DNA of 60,516 nucleotides, the filler included, from Hausera hauseri (Eukaryota), in the NCBI GenBank assembly GCA_046269625.1. It is 10 parts of 10 records of this genome, joined end to end, with 100 filler letters (N's around TTAATTAATTAA, not from the genome) between each part and the next. Parts side by side here need not be neighbours in the genome. Positions count along the whole stretch, not along the records: positions 1 to 7,988 come from JBJURY010834303.1; positions 8,089 to 12,712 come from JBJURY010499241.1; positions 12,813 to 16,887 come from JBJURY010778204.1; 7 more parts are not named here. One strand, written 5' to 3'. This document shows, piece after piece, positions 1 through 13,559 of the stretch. Position 1 is the first letter of the stretch; each line of letters opens with the position of its first letter. Under the pieces are notes generated by a model that was not told where the DNA came from, searched no databases, and saw only the letters and a program-made list of their open reading frames with translations. The position numbers and the translations under genes are program-made.

Positions 1-10
1 AAACTACAAT

Positions 11-22
11 TGGTGTCAGAAG
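11..22 (+). promoter_or_regulatory. Primer-binding site TGGTGTCAGAAG (tRNA-Leu type)
   Basis: TGG-initiated 12-mer two bases after LTR-like ...CTACA; matches complement of tRNA-Leu 3' end. Confidence 0.75.
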
Positions 23-420
23 ATTCACAGAGCAGATTCGATCGTACTAAACGTATTCATTAGCTGGATTTCTGAATACAGATTCATACTGGTAAGTTTG
101 GTTTTTGTCTTTGGGGCACCCCGCAGTTGTTTTTTAAAATTTGGTTTAAAATTTAATGGAGCTAATTATCCTAACGATGTTGATTCGATAGAAAATTCCC
201 GATTTATGAATGTTTATTTCAAAAACGGGCAATTAAATCACAGTTTTACAATTTACAACACATCATTATTGGAATCCGAAACATTTCGGCTATTTGACTT
301 AATTGTTTTTTGCGGTTCATGGTTGCGAAAGAGTCAGAAATAATGCAAGCCTATCAAGTATAGTCGTCAAAATCATTCTTAAACTTACAGAAAGTCCGAA
401 TTGTCGATGGTTTAAAATTG

Positions 421-1420
421 ATGTCACTAATTGAACAACAAATTCTTGATATTGTCGTAGAGTGCAAACAGAATAAATCTCTTTTGACAAATGAATTTAT
501 TTAACGACTAACTGAAATCGACGAATTTTTTTGTGCAGTTGCATCAATCAACTGTTCAAATTTTGACGAGAAAATTGATTTAATCCCAACTGTCATAGAT
601 GCCTTTTTGAACGACTGTGCTTTAGACTTGTATGAAGTGGAGAAAATGTTTTCAGCTTGTGTTAAAGAATACGAGGACAAACTGCATTCTTTTAAACTTC
701 ATAGTACAAAATAAACTAAAATTAAACGTTTTCAGCGGTCTTTGAAAAAGGCAAATGAAACAGAAACAGCGCTCTTGAAAAATATAAATTCTATGGAATC
801 ACTGACGGAACGCCTGTTTTACGATTTCTGCCAGTACACTTTGAACGACGTTTTATTCAAGCCCATACCGGACCGTTTTACATCGAATTGGTCGGGTGAA
901 GTCGACGAACGACAGTTCCGACGAATAGTCATGATCAAATTATTTATCGATAATTTTAAAAGCAAAACGTTCTCTAATCTACTTTTGATGAAAGAAATAG
1001 AATTGGTCATAAATGAACAATCCATTAGTTCCGATGAATGTGAAACTTTTTCGAAACTTTCGTTTAATTTGAAACCACAAATTGTCGGACGTGAGACATA
1101 AACAACGTCCACTCCAATAGCTCCAGTGTCAATAAAACGAATGAAAACAATGCCTCGTTACAGTATATCATCGACGGATTCCGGTTATTTACAAACACCC
1201 ACCGATATTTCGCCGAGAGGTAGCCAGACAACATGGACATAATTCAATTTTTAGATGAGGAAATTGAAAAACCTGGTGAAGAGAACTGGAAGTGTTCAAG
1301 GAATTCCGATCGAAGAGACAGCGACATCGCCAGGATGGAAAGTTTGACTGAAAGGAACAAGATTCACAGATCCGCGGAATTATACAATAAATCGGTTTCA
1401 TTTAAAGGTATCACCATATA
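421..1420 (+). pseudogene. Decayed helical ORF of unknown family in gag position
   Basis: Frame from ATG 421 runs ~250 codons with a few in-frame stops (includes ORF 742-1101); no gag knuckle or protease seen. Confidence 0.4.
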
Positions 1421-3800
1421 ATTGCACGACACCAAAGACCAATTCGACAAAAGGTCCGTCCATTGTCACTGCGCCGCAGGCAGGCAGTATAGGAGGAATT
1501 TTTTGAACTCGAACAATCAGGTATTGTCCGCACATCTAAATCTCCATGGTCTTCGCCTCTCCACGTTGTCCAAAAAAGAGGTCCTTCCGACCATGTGGCG
1601 ATTACCGCCAGCTTAATACTTTAACCATAATAAATGCATATTCACCACCATTAATTAAAGATATATTACATAGACTTAATACTACTACAGTCGATTCAAC
1701 AATTGATTTACTAAAGCTCACAAACAAATTCCTGTCGCACCGGAAGACATCGAGAAAACTACCGTTACCACACCTTTCGGTCTTTATGAGTATTTGTACA
1801 TGCCTTTCGGCCACCGGAATTCTGCGCAGACTTTTCAGCGATATGTCTACTCAATCCTTTCAGATTTCCCTTTTGCGCATCCAAATATTGACGATATCGT
1901 GGTTGCTTTTTCTTCTGTTAAACAACACGAGGACCATCTAAGATCTATCTTCCAACGACTTAATCAGTTCAACCTACAGATCAATTTTGTGAAATGTAAC
2001 TTCTTCCAAAAACGCGTTAATTTTCTTGGACATATCATCTCCTCAAGCGGTTATTCGCCTCAGCCTGATCGAGTTGAGACTCCTAAAAACGTCCAACTAC
2101 CCATGACAACCACAGAAATGCCGTGTTTTCGGTACCTTGAATTTCGTACACAAATATGTCCCATATTGTTCAGAACTCACGGCACCTTTTGCACACTTAA
2201 GCGGAGGAAAAGACACCAGAAAATCATGTGGACACCACAACTGGTTAATATGTTTGATAGACTACGCGAAGGACGAAAGACCGTTGAAATACTATCCTTT
2301 CCTAAGCCTGACGCTGAGCTAATTTTGACCACAAATGCATCAAACATCGCAGTAGGCGCCGTACTACAGCAGTTGTATAAAGGCAAAAATCATCCCCTAG
2401 AATTCTTTTCCCGAAAAATAACGCCGCCCAAAACTAGATATTCAACTTTCGACCGCAAACTTCTGGCAATAGTCCTTGCTTTAAGACATTTTTCTCACTT
2501 ACTTACAGCTCGTCATTTTGTTTTACAAATTGATCACAAATCGTTGATTAATGTAATGGCAATGAAACATCCTTCAACTCGACAAGAACGATAAATTTCA
2601 TATTTATTCACGTTTAACTTTGACATTAAACACATTGACGGTGTTGACAAGGTAGTTACCGATTTCCAATTTAGATCACTCGGTTCAATTAATTTTTCGC
2701 CAATTTTTACTCAGACAAAACTGCAAGAAAATCAGCCACCCCAAGACATTCTAAAGTCTTTCAAGTCTTAGCACATTGTTAAAGGCGTGGCCTTAGATAC
2801 TTCCAAACCAGGAAATTCTAAAATAATTCTTGCCTCATCTTTACACAAACAAGCATTTGATAGTGTACATTCATTATATCATCCTGGTGCCAAGGCAACT
2901 TTTTGCTTACTTCAACGTCAGGTAGTTTGGCCGTCCATGCGCTCCGATGTGCAAGCATGGATTAAAGAGTGCCTGGCTTTTCAGAAATATAAAACCATAA
3001 AACATTTAAAACCACCATTATAACATTTGCCTTGCACATCACACTTTGAAACAGTACATATTGATATCGTCGGTCCTTTTCCAATAGACAATGGGCATCA
3101 ATTTATTCTAACCATGATTGACCGTTTCTCACGATGGCCGGAAGTCATCCCACTGCGGAGCACAAACACTGACATTATAGCCGATACCTTCATCCGTACG
3201 TGGATTAGTAGGTTCAAGTCTCCTCGTTATATCATCTCAGACCAAGGTCCGCAATTCGAGTCAAATCTGTTTAAATCCCTAATCAACCGATTGGGAATAA
3301 GCCACATTCATACAACACCTTATCATACCCAATCAAACGGCCTTCTCGAACGCTTCCACCGAACATTGAAAACATCGCTTAGAATACTTGCACAGTCCGA
3401 CACCAATTGGACTACTCTTCTTCCGTTCGTTCTGCTTCGATGGCGGAACGCCCCGTCTACTTCCACAGGATGCTCACCAACGAAAGCTTTATTCGCAATC
3501 CCTGTACGGTCACTGTTTGAAATAACCGCTCTTGAAGAAACTCCTACAGACGAGAGAATACGAGCAGCACAGGATCACTTCGTCACAATAAACAAGGATT
3601 CGTTTTGCACGCTTTTACATAACGACAAATCTTACATATCCAAAGATTTATACTCGGCAAAATTTGTATGGCTAAAAAACTAAACACCGTGTGGTTTCCA
3701 GCCACAGTACTTAGGACCCTATAAACTAGTGCGGTTACATTCACACAACGATATTATCCTCAAAGACGGAAAAGAAGTTGTAGTGCATATTACTAATTTA
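1420..3800 (+). pseudogene. pol: gypsy pol remnant: RT, RNase H, integrase
   Basis: FRPCGDYRQLN, MPFGHRNSAQTFQR, NIDD(YIDD), LTTNASNIAVGAVLQQ, YSTFDRKLLA, HIDIVGP, SDQGPQF, NGLLERFHRTLK; frameshifts and stops. Confidence 0.93.
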
Positions 3801-4366
3801 AAACCCGCTCTTTACGTCGACGATACCTCACCAACCGAAGCATCAACCTCATTCCTTACATTTGTACCCACCTCTACCCCTACTTCAATTTTCCAGTCTA
3901 CGACACATCATTCCACTGCTCCTATTTCTGTGCCTACATAGTCACCTGCCAATCCCATTCCTGTTCCCATCTCTGCTTTACCCTCTACTCCTATTTTTAC
4001 TCTATTTGTGGTCCACACCCTATTTCTATACCTTCGCATATTTCTACTTCACCTCTCAACTTATCACCTTCCAAAACTATCGCAAAAAACCGGAATAATT
4101 TGCCTACAATCATCTTTTTTCCATCTTCTGTATTACTTTCCCCAGACACAACACCCAATCATACTAAAACTAATGTTTTTTTGCCAAACCCAGCCATCAT
4201 TCAGACACAACGGTGAAACTACATCGCAAATCGGTCACATTCAGTACTTATAGTAGACAATTATATAACGATGGATTACAACGTCTCGTACGCACAAAAC
4301 CTTATTAAAACAGTTTGTTCTCGAGATTTTCTTTTAATCTTTTATTTACAGATTCATCTCAGCCAC

Positions 4367-4384
4367 GGGGGGAGGTATTGTAGT
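4367..4384 (+). promoter_or_regulatory. Polypurine tract and start of 3' LTR (TGTAGT at 4379)
   Basis: GGGGGGAGG-TAT-TGTAGT downstream of integrase; 3' end of LTR not identified. Confidence 0.7.
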
Positions 4385-4949
4385 GCCTATCACAAGCTAT
4401 AGATTAATACAATGTAATTCTATTTTCTCGTGTTTTCCATGTGTAGTTTATGTACATAGTTTTTTATATGAGAGAGAGTGTTGTTAGTTGTTCTATATTG
4501 TGTAGGTTGTAACGTATTTTATGACGCAAGTTTATTTTAGAGATTTATAAATTTTTGTATTTCAATGATTCCCTATCATCATGCATGTGTGTACATAATC
4601 CATGTAATTTTCTTATGTTTAACAACGCTGATTAATAACATGAAAACTGTACGAAACAACTGCGGGAGGTTCCTGGATTAAGACCGGATTCGCTTGATTT
4701 GACAATTTTACAATGTCAGCGATCTTGTTATAAACGAACGATATAAAATGAAAAAAACTTAACTCCAATTTTAAACGTTTTTCAACAAATATTTATAAGT
4801 TTAAACTGGCTATTCATTTGGAAAATTTAATGGATACCAACGAAGAAAAGCGCACATCATTACTTACGATGTTACAAACTTTTCAAATTACCAAAAAATG
4901 ATGATATGTTGTTGGTGCAAAGAAATTTGGCAAGTTACATTTCGATGCA

Positions 4950-7900
4950 CCAACAAAACTTGGTTAAAATTTTTGAGTATTCAAACTTCTTTATTTACTT
5001 CGAAGGACCAGCGACCTATACACTTGTACTTCTCACAAACTCCACTATTTTGTACTTTGACTTTTTGGTCGGAGGCCTACAAACCGTGTACTTATCTCTG
5101 CGTTTATCACATCTTTGAATTTGCCCAGAACCCTTTTTTATTTTCTGTTGAGTAATTTGTATGTGTTGTTGGATAATTGCTGGTATCCATGAAGTGTACC
5201 ATTGGACTGAAATTTTCAAAAATATATTTTGATTGTATTCTGTACGTGAGTGAATTAGTGTCCATGTACAATAGCTGCAATCGATCCAAACCAAACTTCG
5301 GAATCATGATATCTTAATGAAAATCATACATCAGTATTTTACTTAGACCTAGTATGCACATGCCGACATATATTGGTTTAAAAAACTCCAAGCGAGTTTT
5401 CGACATGTGAATACTGATGAAATTTTGTGTCGATCTGAGAGTGAAGAAAATTTGGCTTCGCGAAAAGCTTTTTGACTCGCTTCCATTCATTGACCAGTTC
5501 AAAGTGTATTCGGTTTCTGATATTCTACATTGTTTACCCGAATACGGCATTTTTGTACAGCTTATGCCAGTATTTTTCAAATTTATTAATGACTACTGTT
5601 CTCAATTCCGTATTAAATTGTATATATGGCTGTAGCCATGGAGATTGGATAAACCGAATTGTCCTTTGAATTTTTACGACGTTAAGTCCATGAAGTATGG
5701 CTTGTTGAAGGGATCTGTAATATACAACGTATCTCCGTCGATTTCCAAGATGAGGTATCAGTTTCTTATATTTACTGCCTGAAGCACTAATTGTTTCCGG
5801 CAAAAATGGTAGTTGACCATGATACCAGTGTAAGATCTCAGGATATTTAGTGTCCACCTCAAAAATGTATCCAGTATCAGTTTATGGACGAATGCTGAGT
5901 AAATCAGTGTCCTCACCATTCCATTGTGCGCATTTGAAGTCTTAGTACGGTACATAATGCGACATGGCCCAAACATACAGATTGCTGCAATCCAACTACG
6001 AAATGTACACTGCTTTCCGGCTTTCAATGTACATTTCATTCATTGTTGGATTCAGTGTATCGGTGAACAACCTGACATAATACGCCTCTAATTCCTTGCT
6101 CCAGCATGAGAATCATGTAGTAATCTTTGATAATTTCCAGTCTGACCTTCGTCCTCTTAACTTTGCATTCCATGTGAGTCCTAGTGCTGTAAAGTAGTGA
6201 GCCGAGTCTACTTTATGTGTTGTTACCGTTAAATGACGAAACCTTTCAAATGCGTCAGTTAGTAATAGGACATCTGTTTTCAAATAAATGTCGCTCTACA
6301 GACCTATTTTCTGACATTCCACCGCATGCCAGACTGCTTGAGCATGCTCATAATCTCTATATGTTATATTTGATTGATACACAGTACTGTAGAATCATTA
6401 CTTTGCCGGCAACAATGTTTCTTTGAGCTTATCCTACTCAGTAATATACTCGTATGGACACCCGCCATTTCTTCTAACTAAACTAAACAACTGATCATTG
6501 GCAAAGTGTTTAATTGGTTCCTTCGAAACATCGTCGGACGTATTTTTGTCAGTTCATCCAGGCTGCTGCTCGTAAATTTTAAACTATCCATGAACTTCAG
6601 TTCCATTTTTCGGACATGTTTTGTAAACGTAATGCACCATATTCGTTATGTGGAATGACGGATATTTGACCCTGTGATTCACATAATTCTCGAATGAAAA
6701 AGTGTGAATCGTAACCCGACAAATTATGAAATACTACTTAAATGAACCGAATGCACCTACATCCAAAGTTGCAATTATTACAGGCTACAACACAGTATTT
6801 TCATGAAAAATGGCAGTGGCTATGGACTTTATAATTTTCATTCAGTAAACTGTTTTTCTCATAATTAACATACTTTCACCCGTTCATGCTGATAAATATC
6901 ATTTTCATCGAATTCTTTTTTTTCGGGTATTGTTTCTATTTCCACTGCGATCCGTTCCAATTCACTCATGAAAATTGATTCCTTATTCTGTCCTCTTTAA
7001 GGGATAAGTTTATCTCTGTAACCCGTTAGAAACATACAAAACGACATAGGCTCATGTATGTGAGTGATTGTTATGCTCGATTTGTCATTACTTGGATTAC
7101 ATGTATGGACTGACCCCAAGATGGATTCGAAGTCACAGTAAATTACGACCGGTACCCAAATGAGTTTTTTATCGTCCATAAATTCTATATAGTCTTCAGT
7201 CAGAAAATCCGGTAGAAGTACTTCTACAGCTTTGTTTGATCACCAAAGTGTGTCAGACATCTCTTACAAATATAAATTCGTCCTTGGTGTCCGGTAATTT
7301 GTGATTTCACAAATGGTTCAAAGTTTTGTGAATAGAAAAAAATGATTTATTTCGCCACTGATGAGTAAGAGCAGGTTCCTGTGTTCATTATGTTCATCCT
7401 TGCACACTTTCATAGGATATATTTTATTGCTTTCATTCATGAAAAATACATTAATTGACATTTGCATTCTCAAAATTCTTAATTTCGTGCACCCTTGGGG
7501 AGAGGGGGAATACTATATACATGAAAAATCATATGAATGTGCAGGGTTTTCACACATGGCTACCCGATATGGATTATGTCCATTTTGATCTACAAGAAGT
7601 TTTGTTATTATTGTGTATTTGAAGCACTATTCATCATAGTAGTTTTTCACGTTGATACATGCTTTCGTTTTCTCAATCCTGTTTGAAAACGGTAAATACG
7701 AGAATCTTATGATTGGTGAGCATTTGTTTTTCCTAACATCAAGTTTTCTGACTGTCAACAGAGTCCACCCGCTTTTCGCGACTCACTTTCATCAGCCCCG
7801 TTGTTTATTTTCTGGTACGCCGTTTCGAAATATACGCCGATGTTCGTTTCCAATAATTCTGTCTTACTCTTTGTTTTAAAGGCTCAGAGAAATTTCTCCA

Positions 7901-7988
7901 TCTATATTAGTATACAGGGACTCCAGAAATAGACTTACGTTTACTGCATTGAGAAGATGCAGTTAATCTCTGATAATGCATTCAACTT
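4950..7988 (-). pseudogene. Protein-primed DNA polymerase B (Polinton/adintovirus-type) copy 1, decayed
   Basis: IYCDFES, HNLSGYDSHF, KLYKNAVFGK, FKPIYVG, LLYMDTNS, LGKFKD motifs across frameshifts; homologous to 14348-16887 and 42264-45250. Confidence 0.88.
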
Positions 7989-8088
7989 NNNNNNNNNNNN
8001 NNNNNNNNNNNNNNNNNNNNNNNNNNNNNNNNTTAATTAATTAANNNNNNNNNNNNNNNNNNNNNNNNNNNNNNNNNNNNNNNNNNNN
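7989..8088. other. Artificial contig spacer (N44-TTAATTAATTAA-N44); identical spacers at 12713-12812, 16888-16987, 21592-21691, 27740-27839, 32221-32320, 41593-41692, 45912-46011, 50143-50242
   Basis: Nine identical 100-bp N blocks with a central TTAATTAATTAA that gives stops in all six frames. Confidence 0.97.
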
Positions 8089-8431
8089 ACCCTTTTTATG
8101 GATGATTATAAAAGATTGTGTTCCTTCCTGGGCGAATATTCCATAACTCTCGTGCTATCAGCTTTCAGTATCATGTGTTAGAACCATTATGACAAGTTGG
8201 GTAATTCGGTCAATATCCAATTGAATGTATGTATTTGAATGTATATTTTGTATGTATCGTTTTATATTTATTGTTATTTATGAATGTGTGCGATGGTGTG
8301 GGTTTTATTGAGTAAGTAAAATTATGCAATGTGAATTGACAGTTATGTAACTATTGTTTTTTAGAATGACTGTAAAACGATTCCTTAATACGAAAATTTC
8401 AATTTCTCTTACTGAAAGTTTCGATCATTAG

Positions 8432-9530
8432 ATGGATAAAATATAAGTGTCACCTTTGTAGAATTCGTTTTAAAATTTTTCGTTCAATGAATAATCATTT
8501 GTTTAAAAATTCATCAAAGATACAGGCTCTCTAGAAACCTAGAAACGAAGTCAGATTATTGGCAAATAAAAAAAAGCAAATCGAAATCAGTTTGAGATTT
8601 GACAATTTTCTGGTTGCCTTGAAGAAATTCAAATAAAGTGAAGTTAAAATGAATTTTAATATGTTTAGTTGTTCTGTTCAAAGACATGACGATAGTTTTC
8701 CATCCAATATATTGTCGCTCCGTCCATTCTATAATCGAAACGATAGTTGTTTTCTAAAAGACGTCATGAATGATTTGTTGTAATTAGTCGTTTCCAAAGA
8801 CAGAAATTTTAATTTCAGCATTCTGGTCATCGAGGAACAAAAACCAAATTATTTGATGACAATCTGGTAGATTTTCAAGCTATCAGCCAAAAAATTATTT
8901 CCAAACGATATTTAAACATTTCCTTGGTATAAAATGAGATTACTGTCATGCGCAAAAGTGCACTCATTCGGGTGTGATTTATTTTTAAGTTGTCATACAG
9001 TTGTTGAATTTTGCAAAGATGCTTTCATCCAAAGATCTTTCAAAAACTGTGATTAGTATATTAATGGAGAATGTTTTGCGATTACAAGCTGAGAGAAATA
9101 TCCCGAACAAAATATGTTGGTTGTTACCAAAATTGGCCCAACAGTTCGATTATCCTACAATTTAAAATGCGGGACGAATGTAGCCTCAATGATGTTCCTA
9201 CGGAATTTAGAAATGATACCAGTAAGGTTAGAGTTCATTCCATTTCATTATCATATGAGTTATGTCTTGTTATCGTTGACCCATAGAACTCAGAAGGTTT
9301 AGGGTTTAATTAAGAGACACTATTCTTATAATACCTTGTAAAACTCATAAGTGATGGAGTAGATAAGTTGTCACCGAAAATTGAAAACGTTCTAAATCTC
9401 TTGGAAAGCAGCATCAGAAGTAAATTGTTAAACTATCGTCAAAAGGTATTTTACTTCGTTAGGTTTTATGCTCATGCTCGAGAAAGACAAATGGTTCGAC
9501 ATTTAAATATGGTGAACTTTAGATTGTAGA
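8432..9530 (+). pseudogene. Possible decayed C2H2 zinc-finger gene
   Basis: YKCHLCRIRFKIFRSMNNHL(F)K at 8442-8510 (second His needs a frameshift) followed by stop-ridden coding-like sequence. Confidence 0.3.
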
Positions 9531-10319
9531 TCTATTAGAATTTATTATACTGTACAACGAACCGATGGAACGGAAATGTGTACAGTGAAACGAAATATAT
9601 CAAAATAAATGATTTTTCATGAGCATCTTCAAATGATATATTTTTCACTTTTATGAAACCTAATCAATAATTGCTAACACTTTACCTCTTCCCCAAAAAT
9701 ATTCTACTTCTAACAAATGATTTATTTTAAAGGAATACTGAATTATGTCAAAAATCTTCCAATTAAAAAATTCATTCAAATACTGTGTATAAAATTAAAT
9801 TTTTACATCGATTTTGGTTTGCCCAAGTATGTCTGGAATAAGTCGAGATAGGTTACAACTACCATTTAATGGTACGTCTCAAATTTGACTCATGATGGGT
9901 AAATAATAAATGTTGGTTAGCTCTACAACGAAAAACCTGAATACAAGTTTGAAAAACCATTTGGCAGTGTTAAAGATTACTTTAATAATGTGGGAGTTTT
10001 CGATAAATATAAGGTATTTAAACGACTACTGACCAAGTTAGAAAGTGATTGACAGGCAAAATAAAAATACCATGCAAATCGGGCTTTATGCCAGTATTGG
10101 GTTTCGCAGATCTTCTGTTGCTAGAACTGTACAAAATGTCATCGGTTTTCATTTCAGTTTCATTATTTGGATGAGTATAAGGTCTTTGCTTGCCAGTATT
10201 TTTGTCAATTAACGGTTTGGTTCGACATATGGCGGTCGGAAGTGTAGATTCGTATTTGTAGAGATTTTCAAAGTCATGTACGTTGGATTGCTGAGAATAG
10301 GAAATATGTATCAACATGT

Positions 10320-11890
10320 GACATGAAGAAATATGAAATTATTTAGTTCATCAGCGTTTATTCAGTATCCCCTAAAATATAGATATTACTTGCATAAATA
10401 GTAACCTAATTTGAAACCAAAAAATTACGATGGTTTGACTGAATGAAATAATTGCGAGATGAAAAATGCCACTCAGTAAGAGCAAGAGGAGAGTCTAAGC
10501 CAGTTCTTCTGTTGCTATGAAACAACCATTGGAACTGTCGCGATCTAATATCCAAGATACAAAGGGGAATCGTAACCATAGAAACCATGACTATCGATTT
10601 GGATGGGTACCGTTGCTAAGAGACCGTTACAATTATTATGGTAGCAATTTTAATCGTAGCCCAGAAACCTCATTGGAGTTGCCGTGAACAGGAACTTCTG
10701 AAAAGTAAGAAACCCGTGGCAACCATATTTGCTATTGTCTGATTGGTTCATTTCTACTTTAGAAAGTGCAAATACTCCCACTTTTGTGTTTAATATTCGA
10801 ATTCACGTGATTTCATAACAGTGTGGTACTGGAATTACACATGTGAACTAACATGGCAATCATACCTATTATTTGTGAAGTTTCGAGTTTTCAGAAAACA
10901 ATGAAACCGAGTATTCGACTGAACTTTTCGGTTTTCAATGTGCAGGACGAGTTGTGGGCTGGTCCAGAGTTCTTTGAACAATGAACAAGATGGATATCGG
11001 CAAAGTAAATCTAATGATGCACGTAATCAATATGAAGTATGTGAAAACGTGTGTATGTGAAATAGTAAAGGTCGAATAGTACCTATGAAAAAGGGAGTTC
11101 TGTTTTAAGAATGGATACTATTCGACTTTAATACTTCATATGCACACAGTTTAACATACTTAATATTGATTATTCATAACATTAGATACATATTATCCGT
11201 ATACATCTTATGCACTGTTCAAACACCTCTGGGCCAACACACAACTTGTCATGCACATTGCAAACCGAAACTTTTGATAGAATACTCGATTCCATTCCAC
11301 TTTCAAAAACTTGCAATTCCACACATAATATGTACGGTTGCCATGTTAGTATACTTTAGGTTCTACATTCTTTTTGTAACAATGTGAATTCCAATATGAA
11401 ACAAGACAGTGTTAACATTCGGTTTCCTTTAGTATTTTTCGCTCTTTCTAAAGTCCAAATAGTCCAAAAAGTCGAATAAAACAACGGCAAACACAGTTGC
11501 CATGGTTTCAATACTTTACATCGGCTCCTGGTCACGGTAACCCTTATGAGGATTCTAGGCTAACAGGTAAAATTATCACTATAGTCATGGTAACGCCCCC
11601 CTTAACAGCGGTACACATCCAAGTCAACAGGCACGGTTGATATGGTTGTGTCCGCTTTACCACTTGGATGGTATACACGGACCGTCTATATGGAAATGTT
11701 TCATAGTTACAGGGAACCTGTCCTAGACTCCACTCTCTTTACCCTCTACTCCACTCACCCAACTTTTCATTAATGACTGTTTTATAATTCCGTGAACAAG
11801 AATTGCAGCTCACAACAGCTTTGATATTGAGACAAATATTTTAATAGTGTTTTCAGACTTCATAGTAAGAAAATTTCATATTTTTGTTTA
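10320..11890. repeat. Long diverged inverted repeat (foldback) centred near 11097
   Basis: 10491-10696 aligns to reverse complement of 11523-11730; 11024-11083 aligns to reverse complement of 11113-11171. Confidence 0.8.
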
Positions 11891-12812
11891 CCTTGAAATT
11901 GGCATAACAATGTTTTTGAGTATGCGCAATATGAGTATTTAATTGGATAATATTATTACACTCAATAATCTTACCCGCATTTAAAAACCTTTAAGCACAA
12001 ATATAAATTATACGGAGTTTAAATAAGACATGTATAAGGTGTAATTAAAATCCTAGTAGTAAAAATATGGCAAATTTTTGATAAAAATTCACAGGAAAAG
12101 TGATAGTATATGCAAAAAATTTACTCCGTAGTACAAATTTTTTGCAAACCATAATGAAATGATTCATTAAAAGTATCAACTTGTGTATTGAGCTTAGTGA
12201 AAGATATAGTTTAATTTGTCTTTTCACCTTTTCGTAAATATATTTTTCCTTGTTTTAGTTTATTTCCTATTATAATTTCATTAACTTCACGTAAAACATA
12301 GCCTATTATTATAATTAAGAAAATTGCAGTAGACTTATATTTTGTTGAATATTACACATACACCAATATACACTATACACGATTAAACACCACAAAATAT
12401 TATTAGGTAAAATGTTCATTATAAAGGAAGGTCATATAATAATGAATAAAATCATTATAAGTAGGTACATGTAAGCTCTCCACCGCACTTCTCTGATTGG
12501 TCTGACGACCAGTTTTCCCCACCTGATTGGCTATTCTGAACATTTCACTAAAATTTTCTCACAACCCACTCTCCAGAAAATGAGGTCTAGCAAAGAGGAT
12601 CGGGCCAGGTGATATCGATAGCGCGTGACGAGGTAAACAAAAGTTAACAGAGGTGCGGCTTACAGAAATGTAAGGGAGAGGCGCTAGAAGAGGAAGAAGC
12701 AAAACAGGAAATNNNNNNNNNNNNNNNNNNNNNNNNNNNNNNNNNNNNNNNNNNNNTTAATTAATTAANNNNNNNNNNNNNNNNNNNNNNNNNNNNNNNN
12801 NNNNNNNNNNNN

Positions 12813-13400
12813 TGCAACTGAAGGCGAAGTCCCATAGGTTTTATTTGTCCTAAGGAAGCAAAATTCGATATTACATTGAGCGGTGACAGGTAGGAAGTCG
12901 AGTATGGAGATCTTGGATATCGAGTCGAATATTTGAAATTCGAACATTTTTTAGCTCGAATATCAAAATTCGAACTTTTCGAAAGATCTGACGACGGCAT
13001 TCGGTTCTTCATGTCCGAAAACCCCCTGATCCATTAAAATTATTCCATTAAAATGTACTATATAGATATAAAATCAATAATTCGAATTAAGCAAAATGTG
13101 CATTTAAAGCCCAGTGAAGCGGAAATCGATAAATATAATAACGCAGAGATAGGAATCCATATATGGCGAATCGGAATGTGACGTCAGATATTCGAATTCG
13201 AGCTTAAAAATTGAATATTTAGCTATTCTAACTCGAAAACTCGGTCAAGCATGCATTATTCGAAGAATCTAATGTCGTCATTCGATTCCCCATGTCCGAA
13301 AACCTTAAATTGGGCGCCGACAGGCATTTAATTTCTTTGATGCATTAAAACAAATTATTGTAGAATGTTCGAAATTTCAACTAATGGAGAAATCGAATTC
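12813..13400. repeat. TTCGAA-rich non-coding repeat with internal ~280-bp direct duplication (MITE-like)
   Basis: GAAGATCTGACGACGGCATTCGGTTCTTCATGTCCGAAAACC (12982) vs GAAGAATCTAATGTCGTCATTCGATTCCCCATGTCCGAAAACC (13262). Confidence 0.5.
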
Positions 13401-13559
13401 AGCCTCCTATTAATATTATATATTTTGCTTAAATTTTGTTTTACTGGATCAATTATCAAACTTAGTGCGTGCTGACACAAGCATATATTTCAGAATTTTA
13501 GGATTCTATTCTACAAATGGTTAGATTTTTATTTGTGCTCTTCAAATAATTGCTTGTTT

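Larger units (their letters stand above)
1..4385 (+). mobile_element. Decayed Ty3/gypsy LTR retrotransposon (CsRn1-like pol), internal region
   Basis: LTR end ...ACTACA (3-8), PBS at 11, RT/RNaseH/IN remnants 1420-3800, PPT 4367-4375 followed by TGTAGT at 4379 (inverted match to ACTACA). Confidence 0.88.

Noticed and set aside
3840-4060. Thr/Pro/Ser-rich and hydrophobic ORFs after integrase as a possible env
   Set aside because: Low-complexity pyrimidine-rich tail; no signal, Cys pattern or second copy
8033-8044. Regularly recurring TTAATTAATTAA palindrome
   Set aside because: Always centred in 100-bp N blocks; assembly concatenation linker, not biology
12490-12712. Two CTGATTGG (CCAAT) boxes followed by purine-rich sequence
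   Set aside because: Suggestive of a promoter or LTR, but truncated by the contig end with no supported gene
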